Assembly: GCA_964016885.1 (NCBI GenBank)
Contig: OZ024740.1
Span: 228,346,001-228,410,000 of the forward strand
Origin: Eledone cirrhosa
Lineage: Eukaryota
DNA length: 64,000 bases
Direction: 5' to 3'
Part shown: positions 36,001 to 47,909 of the stretch, in pieces
Position numbering within the stretch: the stretch's first letter is position 1
Layout of the letters: every line of letters starts with the position of its first letter
The notes under the pieces: generated by a model
Databases searched by the model: none
What the model was told of the DNA's origin: nothing
What the model saw: the letters and a program-made list of their open reading frames with translations, nothing else
Position numbers and translations under genes: made by a program

Positions 36001-39000
36001 GTTGTTGGAGTTAGTGTTGTTGTTGGAGTTAGTGTTGTTTTTCTTGTAGTTAGTGTTGTTGTTGTTGGAGTTAGTGTTGTTGTTTTTGGAGTTAGTGTTG
36101 TTGTTGGAGTTAGTGTTGTTGTTGTTGGAGTTAGTGTTGTTTTTGTTGGAGTTAGTGTTGTTGTTGTTGGAGTTAGTGTTGTTATTGTTGGAGTTAGTGT
36201 TATTGTTGGAGTTAGTGTTGTTTTTGTTGGAGTTAGTGTTGTTGTTGTTGGAGTTAGTGTTGTTGTTGTTGTTGGAGTTACTTTGGTTGTTGTTGGAGTT
36301 GGAGTTAGTGTTGTTTTTGGAGTTAGTGTTGTTGTTGTTGTTGGAGATAGTGTTGTTGTTGTTGGAGTTAGTGTTGTTGTTGTTGGAGTTAGTGTTGTTG
36401 TTTTTGGAGTTAGTGTTGTTGTTGGAGTTAGTGTTGTTGTTGTTGGAGTTAGTGTTGTTTTTGTTGGAGTTAGTGTTGTTGTTGTTGGAGTTAGTGTTGT
36501 TACTGTTGGAGTTAGTGTTATTGTTGGAGTTAGTGTTGTTTTTGTTGGAGTTAGTGTTGTTGTTGTTGGAGTTAGTGTTGTTGTTGTTGTTGGAGTTAGT
36601 GTTGTTGTTGTTGGAGTTAGTGTTGTTGTAGTTGTTGGAGTTAGTGTTGTTGTTGTTGGAGTTAGTGTTGTTGTTGGAATTAGTGTTGTAGTTGTTGGAG
36701 TTAGTGTTGTTGTTGGAGTTAGTGTTGTTGTCGTTGGAGTTAGTGTTGTTGTTGGAATTAGTGTTGTTGTCGTTGGAGTTAGTGTTGTTGTTGGAATTAG
36801 TGTTGTAGTTGTTGCAGTTAGTGTTGTTGTTGGAGTTAGTGTTGTTGTCGTTGGAGTTAATGTTGTTGTTGGAATTAGTGTTGTTGTTGTTGGAGTTAGT
36901 GTTGTTGTTGTTGGACTTAGTGTTGTTGTTGTTGGAGTTAGTGTTGTTGTTGGAATTAGTGTTGTAGTTGTTGGAGTTAGTGTTGTTGTTGGAGTTAGTG
37001 TTGTTGTTGTTGGACTTAGTGTTGTTGTTATTGGAGTTAGTGTTTTTGTTGGAGTTAGTGTTGTTGTTGTTGGAGTTAGTGTTGTTGTTGTTGGAGTTAG
37101 CTTTGTTGTTTTTGGTGTTGGATTTAGTGTTGTTGTTAGTGTTGGAGTTAGTGTTGTTGTTAAAGTTAGTGTGGTTGTTGTTGGAGTGATTGTTGTTGTT
37201 GTTGTTGTTCGAGATAGTGTTGTTGTTGTTGTTCGAGTTAGTGTTGTTGGTGTTGGTGTTAGTGTTTTTGTTGTTGTTGGAGCTAGTGTTGTTGTTGTTG
37301 GAGTTAGTGTTGTTGTTGTTGTTCGAGTTAGTGTTGTTATTGTTGGAGTTAGTTTTGTTGTTGTTGGAGGTAGTGTTGTTGTTGTTGGAGTTAGTGTTGT
37401 TGTTGGAGTTAGTGTTGTTGTTGTTGGAGTTAGTGTAGTTGTTGTTGGAGTTAGTGTTGTTGTCGTTGGAGTTAATGTTGTTGTTGGAATTAGTGTTGTT
37501 GTCGTTGGAGTTAGTGTTGTTGTTGGAGTTAGTGTTGTTGTTGTTGGACTTAGTGTTGTTGTTGTTGGAGTTAGTGTTTTTGTTGGAGTTAGTGTTGTTG
37601 TTGTTGGACTTAGTGTTGTTGTCGTTGGAGTTAGTGTTGTTGTAGTTGTTGGAGTTAGTGTTGTTGTTGTTGGAGTTAGTGTAGTTGTTGTTGGAGTTAG
37701 TGTTGTTGTCGTTGGAGTTAATGTTGTTGTTGGAATTAGTGTTGTTGTCGTTGGAGTTAGTGTTGTTGTTGGAGTTAGTGTTGTTGTTGTTGGACTTAGT
37801 GTTGTTGTTGTTGGAGTTAGTGTTGTTGTTGGAATTAGTGTTGTAGTTGTTGGAGTTAGTGTTGTTGTCGTTGGAGTTAGTGTTGTTGTAGTTGTTGGAG
37901 TTAGTGTTGTTGTTGTTGGAGTTAGTGTTGTTGTTGTTGGAGTTAGTGTTGTTGATGTTGGAGTTAGTGTTGTTGATGTTGGAGTTAGTGTTGTTGTTGG
38001 AGTTAGTGTTGTTTTTGTTGGAGTTAGTGTTGTTGTTGTTGAAGTTAGTGTTGTAGTTGTTGGAGTTAGTGTTGTTGTTGAAGTTAGTTTTGTTGTTGGA
38101 GTTAGTGTTGTTGGTGTTGGAGTTAGTGCTGTTGTTGGAGTTAGTGTTGTTGTTTTTTGAGTTAGTGTTGTTGTTGTTGGAGTTAGTGTACTTGTTGTTG
38201 GAGTCAGTGTTGTTATAGTTGGAGATATTGTTGTTGTTGTTGGAGTTAGTCTGTTGGTGTTGGAGTTTGTTTTGTTGTTTTTGGTGTTGGATTTAGTGTT
38301 GTTGTTAGTGTTGGAGTTAGTGTTGTTGTTGTTGGAGTTAGTGTTGTTGTTGTTGTTCGAGTTAGTGTTGTTGTTGTTGGAGTTAGTGTTGTTGGTGTTG
38401 GTGTTAGCGTTGTTATTGTTGGAGTTAGTTTTGTTGTTGTTGGAGGTAGTGTTGTTGTTGTTGGAGTTAGTGTTGTTGTTGGAGTTAGTGTTGTTGTTGT
38501 TGGAGTTAGTGTAGTTGTTGTTGGAGTTAGTGTTGTTGTTGTTGTTGTTGTTGGAGTTAGCATTGTTGTCGTTGGAGTTAGTGTTGTTGTTGTTGGAGTT
38601 AGTGTTGTTGCTGTTGTTGTTGGAGTTAGTTTTGTTGTTGTTGGAGTTAGTGTTGTTGTTGTTGTTGGAGTTAGTGTTGTTGTTCGAGTTAGTGTTGTTG
38701 TTGCTGGAGTTAGTGTTGTTGTTGTTGGAGGTAGTGTTGTTGTTGTTGTTGTTGGAGTTAGTGTTGTTGTTGTTGTAGTTAGTGTTGTTGTTGTTGGAGT
38801 TAGTGTTGTTGTTGTGGTTGGAGTTAGTGTTGTTGTTGTTGGAGTTAGTGTTGTTGATGTTGGAGTTAGTGTTGTTGATGTTGGAGTTTGGGTTGTTGTT
38901 GGATTTATTGTTGTTGTTGGAGCTAGTGTTGTTGTTGGAGTTAGTTTTGTTGTTGGAGTTAGTGTTGTTGTTGGAGTTAGTGTTGTTGTTGCAGTTAGTT

Positions 39001-42000
39001 TTGTTGTTGGAGTTAGTGCTGTTATTGTTGGACTTAGTGTTGTTGTTGTTGGAGTTAGTTTTGTTGTTGGAGTTAGTGTTGTTGTTTTTTGGGTTAGTGT
39101 TGTTGTTGGAATTTGTGTTGTTGTTGTTTGAGTTAGTGAACTTGCTGTTGGAGTCAGTGTTGTTATAGTTGGAGATATTGTTGTTGTTGTTGGAGTTAGT
39201 CTGTTGCTGTTGGAGTTAGTTTTGTTGTTTTTGGTGTTGGATTTAGTGTTGTTGTTGCTGGAGTTAGTTTTGTTGCTGTTGTTCGAGTATGTGTTGTTGT
39301 TGTTGGAGTTAGTGTTGTTGGTGTTGGTGTTAGTGTTGTTGTTGTTGGAGTTAGTGTTGTTGTTGTTGGAGTTAGTGTTGTTGTTGGAGTTAGTGTTGTT
39401 GTCGTTGGAGTTAGTGTTGTTGTTGGAATTAGTGTTGTTGTCGTTGGAGTTAGTGTTGTTGTTGGAATTAGTGTTGTTGTTGTTGGACTTAGTGTTGTTG
39501 TTGTTGGAGTTAGTGTTTTTGTTGGAGTTAGTGTTGTTGTTGTTGGACTTAGTGTTGTTGTTGTTGGAGTTAGTGTTGTTGTTGGAATTAGTGTTGTAGT
39601 TGTTGGAGTTAGTGTTGTTGTTGGAGTTAGTGTTGTTGTCGTTGGAGTTAGTGTTGTTGTTGGAACTAGTGTTGTTGTCGTTGGAGTTAGTGTTGTTGTT
39701 GGAATTAGTGTTGTAGTTGTTGGAGTTAGTGTTGTTGTTGGAGTTAGTGTTGTTGTCGTTGGAGTTAATGTTGTTGTTGGAATTAGTGTTGTTGTCGTTG
39801 GAGTTAGTGTTGTTGTTAGAGTTAGTGTTGTTGTTGTTGGACTTAGTGTTGTTGTTGTTGGAGTTAGTGTTTTTGTTGGAGTTAGTGTTGTAGTTGTTGG
39901 AGTTAGTGTTGTTGTTGGAGTTAGTGTTGTAGTTGTTGGAGTTAGTGTTGTTGTTGGAGTTAGTGTTGTTGTTGTTGGACTTAGTGTTGTTGATATTGGA
40001 GTTAGTGTTTTTGTTGGAGTTAGTGTTGTTGTTGTTGGAGTTAGTGTTGTTGTTGGAGTTAGTGTTGTTGTTGGAGTTAGTGTTGTTGTTGGAGTTAGTG
40101 TTGTTGTTGTTGTTGGAGTTAGAGTTGTTGTTGTTGGAGTTAGTGTTGTTGTTGTTGGAGTTAGTGTTGTTGTAGTTAGTGTTGTTGTTGTGGAGTTAGT
40201 GTTGTCGTTGGAGTTAGTGTTGTTGTTGGAGTTAGTATTGTTGTTGGAGTTAGTGTTGTAGTTGATGGAGTTAGTGTTGTTGTTGTTGGAGTTAGTGTTG
40301 TTGTTGTTGGAGTTAGTGTTGTTGTTGTTGGAGTTAGTGTTGTTTTTGTTGGAGTTAGTGTTTTTGTTGTTGGAGTTAGTGTTGTTGGAGTTAGTGTTGT
40401 TGTTGTTGATGTAGTTAATGTTGTTGTTATTGTTGGAGTTAGTGTTGTTGTTGGAGTTAGTCTGTTGGTGTTGTTGTTTTTGTTGGAGTTAGTGTTGTTG
40501 TTGTTGGAGTTAGTGTTGTTGTTTTCTGAGTTAGTGTTGTTGTTGTTGGAGTTAGTGTACTTGTTGTTGGAGTCAGTGTTGTTATAGTTGGAGTCAGTGT
40601 TGTTATAGTGGGAGATATTGTTGTTGTTGTTGGAGTTAGTTTTGTTGTTTTTGGTGTTGGATTTAGTGTTGTTGTTAGTGTTGGAGTTAGTGTTGTTGTT
40701 AAAGTTAGTGTTGTTGTTGGTGGAGTTAGTGTTGTTGTTGTTGTTCGAGTTAGTGTTGTTGTTGTTGGAGTTAGTGTTGTTGGTGTTGGTGTTAGTGTTG
40801 TTGTTGTTGTTGTTGGAGTTAGTGTTGTTGTTGTTGGAGGTAGTGTTGTTGTTGTTGGAGTTAGTGTTGTTGTTGTTGGAGTTAGTGTTAAAATTTTTGT
40901 TGGAGTTAGTGTTGTTGTTGGAGTTAGTGTTGTTGTTGTTGTTGTTGGAGTTAGCGTTGTTGTTGTTGGAGTTAGTGTTGTTGTTGTTGGAGTTAGTGTT
41001 GTTGTTGTTGGAGTTAGTGTTGTTGTTGTTGGACTTAGCGTTGTTGTTGTTGGAGTTAGTGTTTTTGTTGGAGTTAGTGTTGTTGTTGTTGGAGTTAGTG
41101 TTGTTGTTGTTGGAGTTAGTGTTGTTGTTGGAGTTAGTGTTGTTGTTGTTGGAGTTAGTGTTGTTGTTGTTGGAGTTAGTGTTGCTGTTGTAGTTAGTGT
41201 TTTTGTTGTTGGAGTTAGTGTTGTTGTTGTTGGAGGTAGTGTTGTTGTTGTTGGAGTTAGTGTTGTTGTTGTTGGAGTTAGTGTTGTTTTTGTTGGAGTT
41301 AGTTTTTTTGTTGGAGTTAGTGTTGTTGATGTTGGAGTTAGTGTTGTTGTTGGAGTTAGTGTCGCTGTTGTAGTTAGTGTTTTTCTTGTTGGAGTTAGTG
41401 TTGTTGTTGTTGTTAGTGTTGTAGTTGTTGGAGTTAGTTTTGTTGTTGGAGTTAGTGTTGTTGTTTTTTGAGTTAGGGTTGTTGTTGGAGTTAGTGTACT
41501 TGTTGTTGGAGTCAGTGTTGTTATAGTTGGAGATATTGTTGTTGTTGTTGGAGTTAGTCTGTTGGTGTCGGAGATAGTTTTGTTGTTTTTGGTGTTGGAT
41601 TTAGTGTTGTTGTTAGTGTTGGAGTTAGTGTTGTTGTTGTTGGAGTTAGTGTTGTTGTTGTTGTTCGAGTTAGTGTTGTTGTTGTTGGAGTTAGTGTTGT
41701 TGGTGTTAGTGTTGTTGTTGTTGTTGGAGTTAGTGTTGTTGTTATTGGAATTAGTGTTGTTGTTGTTGGAGTTAGTGTTGTTTTTGGAGTTAGTGTTGTT
41801 GTTGTTGGGGATAGTGTTGTTGTTGTTGGAGTTAGTGTTGTTGTTGTTGGAGTTAGTGTTGTTGTTGCTGGAGTTAGTGTTGTTGTTGTTGGAGTTAGTG
41901 TTGTTGTTGTTGTTAGAGTTAGTGTTGTTGTTGTTGGAGTTAGTGTTGTTGTTATTGGAGCTAGTGTTGTTTTTGTTGGAGTTAGTGTTGTTGTTGTTGT

Positions 42001-45000
42001 TGTTGGAGTTAGTGTTGTTGTTGTTGGAGTCAGTGTTGTCGTTGTTGTTGGAGTTAGTGTTGTAGTTGGAGTTAGTGTTGTTGTTGTTGGAGTTTGTGTT
42101 GTTGTTGTAGTTGTAGTTAGTGTTGTTGTTGTTGGAGTTAGTGTTGTTGTTGTTGGAGTTAGTGTACTTGTTGTTGGAGTCAGTGTTGTTATAGTTGGAG
42201 ATATTGTTGTTGTTGTTGGAGTTAGTTTTGTTGTTTTGGTGTTGGATTTAGTGTTGTTGTTAATGTTGGACTTAGTGTTGTTGTTGTTGGAGTTAGTGTT
42301 GTTGTTGTTGTTCGAGTTAGTGTTGTTGTTGTTGGAGTTAGTGTTGTTGGTGTTGGTGTTAGTGTTGTTGTTGTTGTTGGAGTTAGAGTTGTTGTTATTG
42401 GAATTAGTGTTGTTGTTGTTGGAGTTAGTGTTGTTTTTGGAGTTAGTGTTGTTGTTGTTGGGGTTAGTGTTGTTGTTGTTGGAGTTAGTGTTGTTGTTGT
42501 TGGAGTTAGTGTTGTTGTTGCTGGAGTTAGTGTTGTTGTTGTTGGAGTTAGTGTTGTTGTTGTTGTTGGAGTTAGTGTTGTTGTTGTTGGAGTTAGTGTT
42601 GTTGTTGTTGTTGGAGTTAGTGTTGTTGTTGTTGTTGGAGTTAGTGTTGTTGTTGTTGGAGTTAGTGTTGTCGTTGTTGTTGGAGTTAGTGTTGTAGTTG
42701 GAGGTAGTGTTGTAGTTGGAGTTAGTGTTGTTGTTGTTGGAGTTTGTGTTGTTGTTGTTGTTGGAGTTAGTGTTGTTGTTGTAGTTGTAGTTAGTGTTGT
42801 TGTTGTTGGAGTTAGTGTTGTTGTTGTTGGGGTTAGTGTTGTTGTTGGAGTTAGTGTTGTTGTTGTTGGAGTTAGTGTTGTTGTTGTTGGAGTTAGTGTT
42901 GCTGTTGTAGTTAGTGTTTTTGTTGTTGGAGTTAGTGTTGTTGTTGTTGGAGGTAGTGTTGTTGTTGTTGGAGTTAGTGTTGTTGCTGTTGGAGTTAGTG
43001 TTGTTTTTGTTGGAGTTAGTTTTTTTGTTGGAGTTAGTGTTGTTGATGTTGGAGTTAGTGTTGTTGTTGGAGTTAGTGTTGTTGTTGTTGTTGGAGTTAG
43101 TGTTGTTGTTGTTGGAGTTAGTGTTGTTGTTGTTGTTGGAGTTAGTGTTGTTGTTGTTGTTGGAGTTAGTGTTGTTGTTGTTGGAGTTAGTGTTGTCGTT
43201 GTTGTTGGAGTTAGTGTTGTAGTTGGAGGTAGTGTTGTAGTTGGAGTTAGTGTTGTTGTTGTTGGAGTTTGCGTTGTTGTTGTTGTTGGAGTTAGTGTTG
43301 TTGTTGTAGTTGTAGTTAGTGTTGTTGTTGTTGGAGTTAGTGTTGTTGTTGTTGGGGTTAGTGTTGTTGTTGGAGTTAGTGTTGTTGTTGTTGGAGTTAG
43401 TGTTGTTGTTGTTGGAGTTAGTGTTGCTGTTGTAGTTAGTGTTTTTGTTGTTGGAGTTAGTGTTGTTGTTGTTGTTAGTGTTGTAGTTGTTGGAATTAGT
43501 GTTGTTGTTGTTGGAGTTAGTGTTGTTTTTGGAGTTAGTGTTGTTGTTGTTGGAGTTAGTGTTGTTGTTGCTGGAGTTAGTGTTGTTGTTGTTGGAGTTA
43601 GTGTTGTTGTTGTTGTTGGAGTTAGTGTTGTTGTTGTTGGAGTTAGTGTTGTTGTTGTTGGAGTTAGTGTTGTCGTTGTTGGAGTTAGTGTTGTTGTTGC
43701 TGGAGTTAGTGTTGTTGTTGTTGGAGTTAGTGTTGTTGTTGTTGGAGTTAGTGTTGTCGTTGTTGGAGTTAGTGTTGTTGTTGCTGGAGTTAGTGTTGTT
43801 GTTGTTGGAGTTAGTGTTGTTGTTGTTGGAGTTAGTGTTGTTGTTGTTGTTGGAGTTAGTGTTGTTGTTGTTGGAGTCAGTGTTGTCGTTGTTGTTGGAG
43901 TTAGTGTTGTAGTTGGAGTTAGTGTTGTTGTTGTTGGAGTTTGTGTTGTTGTTGTAGTTGTAGTTAGTGTTGTTGTTGTTGGAGTTAGTGTTGTTGTTGT
44001 TGGAGTTAGTGTACTTGTTGTTGGAGTCAGTGTTGTTATAGTTGGAGATATTGTTGTTGTTGTTGGAGTTAGTTTTGTTGTTTTGGTGTTGGATTTAGTG
44101 TTGTTGTTAATGTTGGAGTTAGTGTTGTTGTTGTTGGAGTTAGTGTTGTTGTTGTTGTTCGAGTTAGTGTTGTTGTTGTTGGAGTTAGTGTTGTTGGTGT
44201 TGGTGTTAGTGTTGTTGTTGTTGTTGGAGTTAGTGTTGTTGTTATTGGAATTAGTGTTGTTGTTGTTGGAGTTAGTGTTGTTTTTGGAGTTAGTGTTGTT
44301 GTTGTTGGGGTTAGTGTTGTTGTTGTTGGAGTTAGTGTTGTTGTTGTTGGAGTTAGTGTTGTTGTTGCTGGAGTTAGTGTTGTTGTTGTTGGAGTTAGTG
44401 TTGTTGTTGTTGTTGGAGTTAGTGTTGTTGTTGTTGGAGTTAGTGTTGTTGTTGTTGTTGGAGTTAGTGTTGTTGTTGTTGTTGGAGTAAGTGTTGTTGT
44501 TGTTGGAGTTAGTGTTGTCGTTGCTGTTGGAGTTAGTGTTGTAGTTGGAGGTAGTGTTGTAGTTGGAGTTAATGTTGTTGTTGTTGGAGTTTGTGTTGTT
44601 GTTGTTGTTGGAGTTAGTGTTGTAGTTGGAGGTAGTGTTGTAGTTGGAGTTAGTGTTGTTGTTGTTGGAGTTTGTGTTGTTGTTGTTGTTGTAGTTGTAG
44701 TTAGTGTTGTTGTTGTTGGAGTTAGTGTTGTTGTTGTTGGGGTTAGTGTTGTTGTTGGAGTTAGTGTTGTTGTTGTTGGAGTTAGTGTTGTTGTTGTTGG
44801 AGTTAGTGTTGCTGTTGTAGTTAGTGTTTTTGTTGTTGGAGTTAGTGTTGTTGTTGTTGGAGGTAGTGTTGTTGTTGTTGGAGTTAGTGTTGTTGCTGTT
44901 GGAGTTAGTGTTGTTTTTGTTGGAGTTAGTTTTTTTGTTGGAGTTAGTGTTGTTGATGTTGGAGTTAGTGTTGTTGTTGTTGTTGGAGTTAGTGCTGTTG

Positions 45001-47800
45001 TTGTTGGAGTTAGTGTTGTTGTTGTTGTTGGAGTTAGTGTTGTTGTTGTTGTTGGAGTTAGTGTTGTTGTTGTTGGAGTTAGTGTTGTCGTTGTTGTTGG
45101 AGTTAGTGTTGTAGTTGGAGTTAGTGTTGTTGTTGTTGGAGTTTGCGTTGTTGTTGTTGTTGGAGTTAGTGTTGTTGTTGTAGTTGTAGTTAGTGTTGTT
45201 GTTGTTGGAGTTAGTGTTGTTGTTGTTGGGGTTAGTGTTGTTGTTGGAATTAGTGTTGTTGTTGTTGGAGTTAGTGTTGTTGTTGTTGGAGTTAGTGTTG
45301 TTGTTGTTGTTAGTGTTGTAGTTGTTGGAGTTAATTTTGTTGTTGGACTTAGTGTTGTTGTTTTTGGAGTTAGTGTTTTTGTTGGAGTTAGTGTTGTTGT
45401 TGTTGGAGTTAGTGTTGTTGTTGGAGTTAGTGTTGTTGTTTTTTGAGTTAGGGTTGTTGTTGGAGTTAGTGTACTTGTTGTTGGAGTCAGTGTTGTTATA
45501 GTTGGAGATATTGTTGTTGTTGTTGGAGTTAGTCTGTTGGTGTCGGAGATAGTTTTGTTGTTTTTGGTGTTGGATTTAGTGTTGTTGTTAGTGTTGGAGT
45601 TAGTGTTGTTGTTGTTGGAGTTAGTGTTGTTGTTGTTCGAGTTAGTGTTGTTGTTGCTGGAGTTAGTGTTGTTGGTGTTAGTGTTGTTGTTGTTGTTGTT
45701 GGAGTTAGTGTTGTTGTTATTGGAATTAGTGTTGTTGTTGTTGGAGTTAGTGTTGTTTTTGGAGTTAGTGTTGTTGTTGTTGGGGATAGTGTTGTTGTTG
45801 GAGTTAGTGTTGTTGTTGTTGGAGTTAGTGTTGTTGTTGCTGGAGTTAGTGTTGTTGTTGTTGGAGTTAGTGTTGTTGTTGTTGTTGGAGTTAGTGTTGT
45901 TGTTGTTGGAGTTAGTGTTGTTGTTGTTGGAGTTAGTGTTGTTGTTGTTGGAGTTAGTGTTGTTGTTGTTGTTGGAGTTAGTGTTGTTGTTGTTGGAGTC
46001 AGTGTTGTCGTTGTTGTTGGAGTTAGTGTTGTAGTTGGAGTTAGTGTTGTTGTTGTTGGAGTTTGTGTTGTTGTTGTAGTTGTAGTTAGTGTTGTTGTTG
46101 TTGGAGTTAGTGTTGTTGTTGTTGGAGTTAGTGTACTTGTTGTTGGAGTCAGTGTTGTTATAGTTGGAGATATTGTTGTTGTTGTTGGAGTTAGTTTTGT
46201 TGTTTTTGGTGTTGGATTTAGTGTTGTTGTTAATGTTGGAGTTAGTGTTGTTGTTGTTGGAGTTAGTGTTGTTGTTGTTGTTCGAGTTAGTGTTGTTGTT
46301 GTTGGAGTTAGTGTTGTTGGTGTTGTTGGAGTTAGTGTTGTTGTTATTGGAATTAGTGTTGTTGTTGTTGGAGTTAGTGTTGTTTTTGGAGTTAGTGTTG
46401 TTGTTGTTGGGGTTAGTGTTGTTGTTGTTGGAGTTAGTGTTGTTGTTGTTGGAGTTAGTGTTGTTGTTGGAGTTAGTGTTGTTGTTGTTGTTGGAGTTAG
46501 AGTTGTTGTTGTTGGAGTTAGTGTTGTTGTTGTTGGAGTTAGTGTTGTTGTAGTTAGTGTTGTTGTTGTTGGAGTTAGTGTTGTCGTTGGAGTTAGTGTT
46601 GTTGTTGGAGTTAGTATTGTTGTTGGAGTTAGTGTTGTAGTTGTTGGAGTTAGTGTTGTTGTTGTTGGAGTTAGTGTTGTTGTTGTTGGAGTTAGTGTTG
46701 TTGTTGTTGGAGTTAGTGTTGTTTTGTTGGAGTTAGTGTTTTTGTTGTTAGAGTTAGTGTTGTTGGAGTTAGTGTTGTTGTTGTTGATGTAGTTAATGTT
46801 GTTGTTATTGTTGGAGTTAGTGTTGTTGTTGTTGGAGTTAGTGTTGTTGTTGTTGATATAGTTAGTGTTTTTGTTGTTGGAGTTAGTGTTGTTGGAGTTA
46901 GTGTTGTTGTTGTTGATGTAGTTAATGTTGTTGTTATTGTTGGAGTTAGTGTTGTTGTTGTTGGAGTTAGTGTTGTTGTTGTTGGAGTTAGTGTTGTTGT
47001 TGTTGGGGTTAGTTTTGTTGTTACTGGAGTTAGTGTTGTTGTTGTTTTTGGAGTTAGTGTTGTTGTTGTTGATGTAGTTAGTGTTGTTGTTGTTGGAGTT
47101 AGTGTTGTTGTTGTTGGAGTTAGTGTTGTTGTTGTTGGAGTTAGTGTTGTTGTTGTTGGAGTTAGTGTTGTTGTTGTTGGGGTTAGTTTTGTTGTTACTG
47201 GAGTTAGTGTTGTTGTTGTTTTTGGAGTTAGTGTTGTTGTTGTTGGAGTTAGTGTTGTTGTTGTTGGAGTTAGTGTTGTTGTTGTTGGAGTTAGTGTTGT
47301 TGTTGTTGTTGGAGTTAGTATTGTTGTCGGAGTTAGTGTTGTTGTTGGAGTTAGTGTTGTTTTTGTTTGAGTTAGTGTTGTTGTTGGAGTTAGTGTTGTT
47401 GTTGTTGGGGTTAGTGTTGTTGTTGGAGTTAGTGTTGTTGGAGTTAGTGTTGTTGTTGTTGGAGTTAGTGTTGTTGTTGGAGTTAGTGTTGTTGTTGTTG
47501 GGGTTAGTGTTGTTGTTGTTGGGGTTAGTGTTGTTGGAGTTAGTGTTGTTGTTGTGGGAGTTAGTGTTGTTGTTGAAGTTAGTTTTGTTGTTGTTGGAGT
47601 ACGTATTTTTGTTGTTGGAGTTAGTGTTGTTGGTGTTGGAGTTAGTGTTTTTGTTGTTGGAGTTAGTGCTGTTGTTGTTGGTGTTGGAGTTAGTTTTGTT
47701 GTTGTTGGAGTTAGTGTTGTTGTTGTTGTTTTTGGAGTTAGTGTTATTGTTGGAGTTAGTGTTGTTGTTGGATCTAGTGTTGTTTTTGATGTTCCAGCTA
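1..47800. repeat. Giant tandem array, base unit (GTT)3-6-GGA-GTT-AGT (~18-27 bp, mostly 21/24), with variant modules and kb-scale higher-order repeats
   Basis: Directly visible; + strand is almost entirely G/T. Rare marker variants recur at fixed offsets (2565, 8046, 2448, 3654, 1953, 2724 bp). Confidence 0.98.
3..38249 (-). CDS. Putative giant mucin-like PTS domain, (T)nLTP repeats with PPTASTLTS modules; 3' end lies outside the window
   Basis: Minus frame (triplets starting at + positions divisible by 3) reads ACA ACA ACA CTA ACT CCA = TTTLTP. I saw no stop or frameshift over ~12,749 codons. Many variants are synonymous in this frame (CTA>CTG/CTT/TTA, CCA>CCG/CCT, ACA>ACG/ACT/ACC). Caveat: the Asn-rich minus frame also appears open, and triplet slippage alone preserves frame. 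Confidence 0.62.
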
Positions 47801-47906
47801 TTTTTGTTGTAGCTATTGTTGTTGTTCTTGTTCTAACTGTTGTTCTTCTTTTTATTGTCGTTGCTGCTGTTTCTGTTCTTTCGTCGATTAGTCTTTCATT
47901 GTGCAT
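38250..47906 (-). pseudogene. Diverged, frameshifted continuation of the mucin-like array (decayed coding repeat, intronic portion, or mis-assembled exon)
   Basis: Same TLTP repeats plus ISPTITTLTPTTST and LNPTPKTTK modules, broken by 1-nt deletions at ~38251, 39201, 40190, 40462, 41559, 42236, 44083, 45534 and 46723. Track ORFs 38246..38563 and 46713..47906 are fragments of it. Confidence 0.5.
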
Positions 47907-47909
47907 GTG

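Noticed and set aside
1-38250. Asn-rich - strand frame (NNTNSNN), also apparently open
   Set aside because: Not formally excluded, but the variants noted are synonymous in the Thr frame and TLTP/PPTAST matches known mucin composition.
1-47800. Telomeric repeat or CRISPR array
   Set aside because: Unit is not TTAGGG-like tandem hexamer. There are no unique spacers or cas genes, and the context is eukaryotic.
2-47812. Huge + strand poly-Leu (LLLLELV) and poly-Val (VVVVGVS) ORFs
   Set aside because: Implausibly hydrophobic over thousands of residues, with non-ATG starts. They are shadows of the - strand Thr frame; stops in the Leu frame arise from changes synonymous in the Thr frame.
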